The notes under the pieces: generated by a model | Database searches by the model: none | Seen by the model: only the letters and a program-made list of their open reading frames with translations | Told to the model about the DNA's origin: nothing | NCBI RefSeq assembly: GCF_006345805.1 | Contig: NC_043010.1 | Location: 31,744,001 to 31,808,000 of the forward strand | DNA length: 64,000 nt | Direction of reading: 5' to 3' | Source of the DNA: Octopus sinensis | Taxonomy: Eukaryota | Translations under genes and position numbers: made by a program | Shown here: piece after piece, positions 54,679 through 64,000 of the stretch | How the letters are laid out: each line of letters begins with the position of its first letter | Numbering within the stretch: position 1 is the stretch's first letter

Positions 54679-55025
54679 GGTAAATATATTCAAAAAGAAT
54701 ATTATGTACTGAATTTATATTGAGTGCTCAATTGTATCAAAATATTAATACTATTAAAGTATAATGAACTATATTTGGATTACCGGATAATATAATGAAT
54801 TTTATGCAAAAGTATTATGGATTGCTGCAGAGAAATTACCAAGAAGACATGTGAATTTCAAGATTCTCATACTAAAATATATACAAGTACTTTCACATGG
54901 GTATATCTTCATTATGAGTTTGGATATTAATTTCCTTATATTAATGATAATAATATATTATTAAAAAAAATATATATATGTATATATATATATATATATG
55001 TTATCATTTAGAACAAACAATAACC

Positions 55026-55066
55026 GCCCGTTGACAAGGGACAAAAATCCCGAAACTAGTCCGAGC
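55026..55066 (+). ncRNA. Minimal type I hammerhead, U3-A8 core variant
   Basis: gcccg-TTGACAA-ggga-caaaaa-tccc-GAAA-ctag-TC-cgagc; palindromic stem III actagt. Confidence 0.8.
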
Positions 55067-55944
55067 ATATCACTCAGGCTTGTGAGGAGGGGATGGCCTC
55101 CCTTTGCAAATACTTCAAGGGCACTGAAATGGTGTCTAAAGCCAGCTGGAGACGACGATCTCCTGGGACTATAAAGCTACAGTAACACCCCCTCCCCTAT
55201 GTGGTTAGCCATATTAAGATGGCTTCTATACTTTACATTATCGAGCGATTACTGTTTACATCTCATTCTGAGATTTAATAATGCAAACAATAAAAGGTTG
55301 TCATTATAGTGTTTGGAGTTTCGAATGTTGAATCAAGGAGCTATTATACATTCTTGTCAGCTATTAATGGCAACAGACACTATGTGAAAAAAAACAAAAA
55401 ACATTGAATAAAAGTTACTCTGATAGGTAGAAAAAGCAAAAAAAAAACAAGATAAAAAATACACGCAACCATATTCTCTTGGATTATGTTTTAATTAAAT
55501 TGCTACAATTATACTAAACTACACAAACACACATATATATGTGTACATGTGTTTATGTGTGTATGACAAACACACACATATATATATATATATAATATAT
55601 ATATATATACAAACACATAAGAGATAACCAAAAAATAGGATATCTGACTCACTAGAAAGAGCAGTTAAACTCCAAGCCACTATTTGTTGTAATTCTGAAA
55701 GTGAATGAAAAATAAAAACTTTTACCTTATTGCCCTAGACTATGCATAATTCCTGCTGGCTTAAATATAGATTGAAATAAAATAATTCCAATCTATATCT
55801 GGTGCTGCTTCTTCAGTAGGATGCCAGGGATCAAACACATAGACACGGGGCAATAAATAAACAATGAACCCCACAGAACCAATATAACCCCAATGAAGAA
55901 CAACAACACCAAGTCATATAACTTAAGAAAACCATACAGAAATA

Positions 55945-56520
55945 ACCCCAAAAGAATGAAAGGCGAAGTCGATCATGGCAGAATTTGAACTCAGAATGTA
56001 AACACAGACGAAATACTGCTAGGCATTTTGCCCAGCTTGCTAACATTTCTGCCATCTTGCCTCCTTACAACAAGACACAGATTTTTTTCTACTCTAGGCA
56101 CAAGGCCCGAAATATTTTGGGAGGTGGCCAGTCGATTAGATCTACCCCAGTACGCAACTGTTACTTAATTTATCGACCCCTAAAGGATAAAAGGCAAAGT
56201 CGACTTTGGCGGAATTTGAACTCAGAACATAAAGACAGATGAAATACTGCTAAGTATTTCACCTGGTGTGCTAACGCTTCTGCCAGCTTGCTGCCTCATA
56301 AAATATTCTTTTCTACTCTAGGCACAAGGCCCGAAATTTTGGGGGAGGGGGGTAGTCGATTAGATCTACCCCAGTAGGCAACTGTTACTTAATTTATCGA
56401 CCCTGAAAGGATAAACGGCAAAGTTGACCTCAGCGGAATTTGAACTCAGAACATAAAGACAGACGAAATACTGCTAAGCATTTCGCTCGATGTGCTAATG
56501 TTTCTGCCAGCTCACTGCCT
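55945..56520 (-). mobile_element. Three head-to-tail SINE family A copies
   Basis: gaatttgaactcagaa..agac.aaatactgcta at ~55981, ~56212 and ~56436. Confidence 0.85.
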
Positions 56521-58662
56521 TCAACAAGACATAGATTGCAACATAAACGATGGTGCATACACACAACAATAAGTGTATACATTCTAATCATACAACAGTA
56601 ACATACACCTGAACAACATAGACATATGTAAAAACATGCACACACATACACACATTTATTCAGACACAGATGTACACAACACACACACACACACCACCAC
56701 TACCACCACCACCACCACCACCACCACCACCACCACCACACCACCACCGCTGCCACCACCACCGCCGCCACCACCACTACCACCTCCAGCTGTGTAACCA
56801 CCATTAATCTCCTCTTCAAATTGACAACAGTGAAAACATGAAAGTCCAATTAAAGATATGAAGAATAATGTTCATGATTGTTGTCAGAACAATCACTTCA
56901 TATCTACCATTGTTATCCACCATTTTGACACTCCTCCTATTGTTTTGCAGATATTGGAACCACATCTCCAGTGTCTGGGGAGAGCCCAGTGTGTATTAGC
57001 AAAATCCACTGCATTACAAACCTTAAGATCATATTGCCTGGGTCATGAATAACCCAGTATTTTGATGTGTTGTTACTTCATACTGTTGTAACCAATGGCT
57101 TGTGGTTTCTTTCTGAGTTTAACTTAAACTTCTTTTAGAGGTCATAGCTACTACACCATCAACATCACCACAACAGTAATTCTTCTACAAAATCATCACC
57201 ACTACAACAGCTATGACTATACTAGCATTTTTACAACAAGAACAACAACAACAACAACAACACCACCACAATACAATTACAGCACCAATGCCACTACAAA
57301 ACCAACACTGCTTCAGTCCAACATCATCACAACACCAGCATCACTGCAAAGTATCACCGCTACAATACCAAAACTGCTACAATACCAATACTAGTACAAC
57401 ACAAATTACTCAGGCTTTTATTTAGACAAGTATATATAGGAATATATTAACTAATTTGTCTGTTCTTTTTTAAGATAGAAAGGTATTATTTGAATGAGAT
57501 TTGGCAGCTATTTCTGGTAGGATTTCATGAATACATTAGAGACACTCTCTCATTAGTTCAGTTTCAATGAGATATTGTTGTTATTATTAAGCCTCAGGTC
57601 AGCCCTAATCCAACTGACCTATAATCTAAGATGTTCCAGCAGTTCTCTTCTAATCATTTGTTCCCAAACACTATAAAGAACGACATTGACTAACAACTTC
57701 CTCTTTTAATATAATAGGTAATTTGAAGCAACCAATCCTCCTTTCTGAGCCACTTCTTTCTCTCTCACCTTATGCTCTTCATATTGTTATTTCCTATCAG
57801 CTTCTCTGCCACTCTTATTCATCTCTACTCTCATATCTAACCATCTGTTACTCTCCTCTCACACTCTTCTGAAACTATCTTTCTCTCCCCACCTTCCCAA
57901 TCCACTGTCTGTATCCTCTCTTATCCACACCTCTTTGTACCTCAAAAGTTTGCTCTGGCACCCCATCAGTACCACCTTTATCTTCTTCCCATTCACTAGC
58001 CCACCTTTATATCATGTGGGGTAGCCATGTGTCTTCTCTATAGCAAGATACCTGTGGTTGGTCTTTTATCATACTTTAGCCTCTCAGCACCTAATATAAA
58101 ACCATCCAACTTCTCATATTCTCCCCTTCCACTCACTTTGTTATGGTGTCTTTTTGCCTGTTCTCCTTTTGTCTTGCAAGTTATTAGTCCTCACTAGTGC
58201 TGAAAGCATGAAAAAAATCACCCGGTATACACTGTAAAAGGATTGACATTAAGAAGAGCGTACAGCAGTTGATGCCATGCCAAAAAATGACACAGGAGTT
58301 TCATGCAGCCCTACATCTTGTTGGATCCTGTTATAGCATCTAACACATGTCAGTATGGGAAACAGACAATATGACGATGATGATGATGACGATGACAATG
58401 ATGATGACAATGATTTGGTCGCTATTTCTGCAAGGGTGAATGACCACATGAAGGCCTGTCTCTTTAACTTGGTTCTAATTAATTACAATGTTAGCTCTTG
58501 TCCCATTACCTTAAAACTTTTCCTTTGACATGCACATCAATAAAACCATCTCTTTGAAATATTTCTGGTCCCGAGCACTTTTTTTTATTGTCAATTATAA
58601 TCAGTTAGGACTAGTTATTATATTAGTCATCATTCTTAGTAATTACAATTGTATTAGCATTA

Positions 58663-58700
<38 letters not shown>

Positions 58701-58727
58701 AGTAACTACTATATTCTTTTTCTTCTA

Positions 58728-58768
<41 letters not shown>

Positions 58769-58785
58769 CATTATTATTATTATTA

Positions 58786-58842
<57 letters not shown>

Positions 58843-58847
58843 TATTA

Positions 58848-58879
<32 letters not shown>

Positions 58880-58885
58880 GTTATT
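58728..58885. repeat. (ATT)n microsatellite
   Basis: Direct reading. Confidence 0.97.
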
Positions 58886-59194
58886 GGTTGTTACACATAT
58901 TTACTAGATTAATAAAGCTGCCTGCTGCAGATAAATTATTCATTTTGACAAAGTCATTTCTTAGAACTGATTTTTCTCTCTCACAAATTACTTTGTCTTT
59001 CTGTTTATTGTCAGTTCTTTTGCTGTAGCGGTAATGTTGATGTTTGTTGTTGTTGTTGTTGTTGTTGTAATTGGTAGTTGTGGTGGTGATGGTGGTGACG
59101 ATGATGGTGGTAAGAGTGGTGTTGTTTTTTTCCCCTTTATTACTGTAGTGATACCATTTTTAATCATAGAATTTTTAACCAGTGATATGGACAG

Positions 59195-59286
59195 ATCATC
59201 ATCGTCATCATCATCATCATCATTGTCATCGTCATCTTCTTCTTCTTCTTCTTCTTCTTCTTCTTCTTCTTCTTCTTCTTCTTCTC

Positions 59287-59318
<32 letters not shown>

Positions 59319-59345
59319 TTTCTTCTTCTTCCTTCACCCTCTTCT
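59195..59345. repeat. (TCA)n/(TCT)n microsatellite
   Basis: Direct reading. Confidence 0.95.
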
Positions 59346-59689
59346 CCTCCACTGTTATTATTGTCATTATCGTTGCCTTAATGAGGACAAATATAATTGA
59401 TCATCGTGACAATGATCTACATTGCCATTCTCACTCCCATGGTCACTATGATTATCACTGCTGTCATAATTATTAGGATAATGATGATCCTCATCATTGT
59501 TGTCATTGTTGTTACCATCTTCATCCTCCTCCTCATAATTTAAATATTCCTAAAGATGACGGGTGCAATCATAAACAATTAGCACCATTATTTCTCTTCC
59601 TTTGCAGTGGTAGTCACATAGGGTCTCTGCAAAGTAGTCAGATCTACTGGATACTCATTCACGGTTGTGCTCCCACTTTTCATAAGTTT

Positions 59690-59970
59690 TGTGGAAGCAA
59701 TATTGTTTACTTGATATCACCAAAATTTATGACTGAATTTGACATCCCCTATCTATCCCTAATCCTTCTGTGGAATCCATTCATTCTTCATCTCAACAGA
59801 TTAGAAGTGTCCTGTCAAACCATACCATTGCATTAGGTTCTGACAGCACACGCTGTACCTTTAATTGTGGTTTAGCTATATCAGCTCCTCACTTCTTTCT
59901 CTATATTAATAATCTACTTGTTACTCTAATTAACAACACGCACTTCTATGGCCATGTTACAATACTTTTA
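59690..59970 (+). mobile_element. Highly decayed LINE RT relic
   Basis: LDITKIYD.I.H and PHFFLYINNLL..HFYGHVT resemble RT motifs LDIxKAFD, LFLLYINDL and YADD. Confidence 0.4.
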
Positions 59971-60382
59971 CTCCTTCTTAACCTTCTATACACAGGTAAG
60001 TCAAGCATGTAACCTAAACCCATGTTTTGGTCTACACTCTGAGTCCACAAAGATTAAACCTTAGAATCTGCTTCATTTGGGATATGACACAACATTGTTA
60101 CTTTCAACAGCACTAAGACGTGAACACAATACATATAATATATGAAGTAAAAAGTTTTCTATTTCACCTTTGGTTATCATAAAAGTAAAACCCTTAAAAT
60201 CACTACAAATGTTTCCCACCACATCAGATGACCTCTGTGATGACCATGCATATCTAACATTGCCAAGCAATTGCATTACAAAGTTTATGGTACCTCTTTG
60301 GAGCCAGAACACACACACCACACTAATATGTATGTTTATTATATATGTGAGTGCATATATATATACATATATATATACATAC

Positions 60383-60477
<95 letters not shown>

Positions 60478-60499
60478 TACACACACACACCACAATATA

Positions 60500-60530
<31 letters not shown>

Positions 60531-61240
60531 GGACATATATATTCTTTTATTCTTTAACTGGTTTCAGTCATTTTGACAGCAGCCATATACATACATGCAC
60601 GTGTGTGTATAAACATTAATATCAAACAGTGAGAACGAGTGCCCACCACCGTATTAGTGGATAAATATTTTCTATTCATGGTTTCATGTTGAGAGAGATA
60701 TATTTCAACAATTATTTAAGTCTGTCACGTGGAATGTTGTTCATCTCCATTTTGGATAAAAATTACAATAAAACAATAAAATCACGTGAAATCACGTGAG
60801 GTTTTGGAATAAGCAAATAAATATACATCTCAGAGGGGGAACAACTCCCAAAATATTATCTCCCTTGTATTAATTTGAATTTTATAAATATTAAGTTTGA
60901 GTTTTAATTGGTGTGCAAACGCACATATTACCATACCTACATTATGCATATTTAGTAATTTGTATTTGCATGTGTGTGTGTGTGTGTGATTGTCTGCTTG
61001 CAGAGCTTTACATGTTTTTCCTTTGTTGTTGTGAATTCATAGGATTGTATATTTATAAGTTTGTGTGTATATTCATTCTGTGAATCATTTGGTTTCTTGT
61101 GCATATACACATATACACATATATGTGTATGCACACACTTACGCACATATGCATACACACAAGCACTCACATATACACACACATAGATATACACCCATAT
61201 ATACATACATACACACATACATACATGCATATGTATACAT

Positions 61241-61690
61241 ATCATCATCGTCATCGTTTAACGTCCGTTTTCCATGCTAGCATGGGTTGGACAGTTCAAC
61301 CGGGGTCTGGGAAGCCAGGAGGCTGCACCAGGCTCCAGTCTGATCTGGCAGTGTTTCTACAGCTGGATGCACTTCCTAATGCTAACCACTCCGTGAGTGT
61401 AGTGGGTGCTTTTTATGTGCCACCGGCACAGGTGCCAGGGGTGGCTGGCAACGGCCACGATCGGTTGGTGGTTTTTACATGCCACCGACATGGAAGCCAG
61501 TCAAGGTGGTGCTGGCATCAGCCACATATGGATGGTGCATTTTAGGTGCCACAGTAGGCTGGCAATGGCCACGATTGGTCGGAGCATTTTACGTGCCACC
61601 GGCATGGAAGCTAGTCAAGGCTGCACTGGCATTGGCTGTGTACAGATGGTGCTTTTTACATGCCACCAGCACAGGTGCCAGGGTAGGCTG
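61241..61690 (-). mobile_element. SINE-like family C copy with ~60-bp repeated upstream units
   Basis: Reverse complement of 16624-16814 plus repeated ggtg.tttta..tgccacc.gca. Confidence 0.85.
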
Positions 61691-62089
61691 ACAGACACAA
61701 AATGCATACGTGTATGCACACATGCACACACATTATTGCACCTTGTGTTTGGATGTTTACTCATAATTGTAGAGTTTCACATTTCTTTCACATATTTTGA
61801 TGTCCAACTTGGTTCTTGGGATTATTTCTGAGATTATGGAGTTATGGATTCATAAATGAGTGTATACCATGTGATGTCATAGGTATGTATGATGTCCATA
61901 TATTTGTGTAATGAGGGAGCTCAGCATACGTTGATGAGGGTATGCATCTTTCATGCATAAAGTTCATATAATGCATATGATTGCTGTTTAGAGAACAAAA
62001 CCCTATCCAAGTTGGGTGGTGGTGGTAGCAAAGAAAGTAGTGGGCCCTGTTTGAAATTTCAGAGTGTAAACTGTTACTTGTGTGTGCAG

Positions 62090-62640
62090 GGAGAAAAGGT
62101 TTCATCCATAATATTTAAAATATTTGTATTTGATGTAATAATGTTTAATTTTTCAGTGATGCAAAGTTTGCGTTTGCTGCCCTGTCCCCTGTATTAGTTG
62201 GCCTTAGCAATAATGCTCCAGATTATCTGGGGGTTGTTCACACCTCTCCCTTTCAGTGTCCATACCATATTGGATAAAGATGTTGTGTGTTATTTGTTTA
62301 GCCTCTAAACAAAACCAAATGCTCCATATAACTTTCTTTGAAGTTGTTTCCTGTCCTTCCGATATACGTTTTTTTTATTTGTTACTCCATTCAAATCCGT
62401 GATGTTGGTCTTGTACCCCAGTTCTTTCTTCAGGTACTCATTGTTCAGCCATCTGCAGATCCAAAATTACATAGTCTTGGGTGGGGTGAAGGTTTCTAAT
62501 ATTGTTATTTTATTGTGATCAAATACAATTGACCCTATATTGGGGAAGCAATAATAGATAACTTTAACTGTATTTCTATTGAAGATCTTAAGGTATTTAT
62601 GTCAGTGTGGGAAGTGGTTTGATAAAACATTATCACATGA
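62090..62640 (-). mobile_element. PLE remnant: thumb/linker and GIY-YIG C-terminal half
   Basis: KIFNRNTVKVIYYCFPNIGSI and TSLSNMVWTLK..PQIIWSII..KLCITEKLNII..NILN. Confidence 0.7.
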
Positions 62641-62919
62641 TTTCTAAATTTGATCAATGGGATCTTGTTTCTCATCACATGTTTCTAGAATTAGTTTGAG
62701 TTAAAAGAGATAGCCTGGCCCCCATTCATACATGAGAAAAAAAACCATTGAAAAGTGAATAACATACAATAAGATATAATAATATATAAATGTATTAAGA
62801 TACATTAAATACATTATAATGCAGGTAGCTATAGCAATTAAAACCCAAAAAGTAAAATTAATAAATGAGGGTGCAAAATATCACCAACAATTGCTGGAAA
62901 TGAGTGCTAAAATTTAACT

Positions 62920-62967
<48 letters not shown>

Positions 62968-62984
62968 TTTATCCTTGCAAATGA

Positions 62985-64000
62985 ATACCACCTTGTAGTT
63001 GGTTGTGGGGCTTGCGTGTCTCCATGACCATGAGAGCTATGCTGGTGGGAGATTTGTCTCCTGGTAGGGCCACCCAAGCCAGACAGGTCGAAGGTTAGAG
63101 ACCAGGACTGAAACCAGGATAGGGACCTGGAACATCTGAACCCTATATGAGGCAGGAAAAAGTGCACAAGTGTGCAGAGAGATGCACAGTTACAATCTGA
63201 AGATTTTTGGCCTGTGTGAGACAAGATGAATGGGAACAGGATGTACAAGGCTCACAAGGGGTGACACCATCATCTACTCTGGACAGGAAGAAGCCCAGCT
63301 ACACACACACAGAGTAGCACTGTTGATGACACCTGAAGCAACATGAGCAATGCTGTCCTGGAAACCAGTGTCACCAAGGATCCTGACTGCAAGATTCAAC
63401 TCAAAGGGTAGGAAAGTTACCATCTTAAGTTGTCCCCACAAATACAGCAAATATGGTGGACAAAAAAGAGTTCTATGAGCAACTCCAAGTAGTCATGGAT
63501 AAAACACCAACGAGAGACCTGAAGATCCTTATGGGAGACTTGAATGCAAAAGTGGGAATGGACAAGAAAGACAGAGAATGATTCATGTGCTGACATGGCA
63601 TCAGAGAACAAAATGTAAATGGCGGACTTTTTACAAAATGTTCCTCCTTCAATGACCTAGTCATAGGAAGCACTGTCTTTCCTCACAAGAAGATCCACAA
63701 GACAACATAGATTTCCACTGGTGGCAAGACTGAAAACCAGATGGACAACATCACCATTGACAGAAAGTGGAGAGGGAGCCTGCATGACGTTAGAGTGAAG
63801 CGTGGAGCTGACACAGCATTGGATCACCACTTGGTAGTAGCAGTTTACAGGACCAAGCTGAACGACTTCAACAACTGAGCAGGAAAATCATCACAGAGGT
63901 ACAATGTATGCAGCCTGAAAGAGAAAGAAACAGCAGAAAGATTCAAGGTTGAACTGAGGAATAAGTTCAGTGCACTTTCACAATTTCTAGAGGAAACAAT
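62985..64000 (+). mobile_element. RTE-clade LINE 5' part (5' UTR plus APE endonuclease), running off the window
   Basis: WKPVSPRILTARF, EFYEQLQ, ILMGDLNAKVG, LVIGSTVFPHKKIHKTT, ENQMDNI, DVRVKRGAD..DHHLV; stops and frameshifts. Confidence 0.92.

Noticed and set aside
60660-60730. Minus-strand hammerhead relic (tgttga..tcaaca-tGAAAcc)
   Set aside because: A stem II-like hairpin is present but the CUGANGA core and cleavage site are not recognisable.

Overview
AT-rich, microsatellite-saturated eukaryotic DNA. The SINE, LINE and Penelope repertoire looks like a coleoid cephalopod, most likely Octopus (inference, not verified). I found no host protein-coding exon I can support, and most entries in the ORF track are translations of (TA)n, (CA)n, (TACA)n or trinucleotide repeats. 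The window is a patchwork of decayed mobile elements: one full-length and two partial mariner transposons, a Tx1/L1-type LINE, a Gypsy remnant, CR1-like and RTE LINEs, non-autonomous Helitrons, nested MITEs, three SINE-like families and many Penelope-like element (PLE) pieces. The most interesting signal is at the RNA level: about ten hammerhead-ribozyme (HHR) folds from several unrelated families, mostly in short microsatellite-flanked modules. They include a near-intact HHR inside a 27-bp hairpin (26.4 kb), copies whose core has the compensatory U3-A8 pair instead of C3-G8 (18.2, 22.5 and 55.0 kb, weaker at 29.1 kb), and a tRNA-like Pol III head just upstream of an HHR in a PLE 3' end (23.7-23.9 kb). 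All folds were paired by eye and coordinates of decayed elements are approximate.
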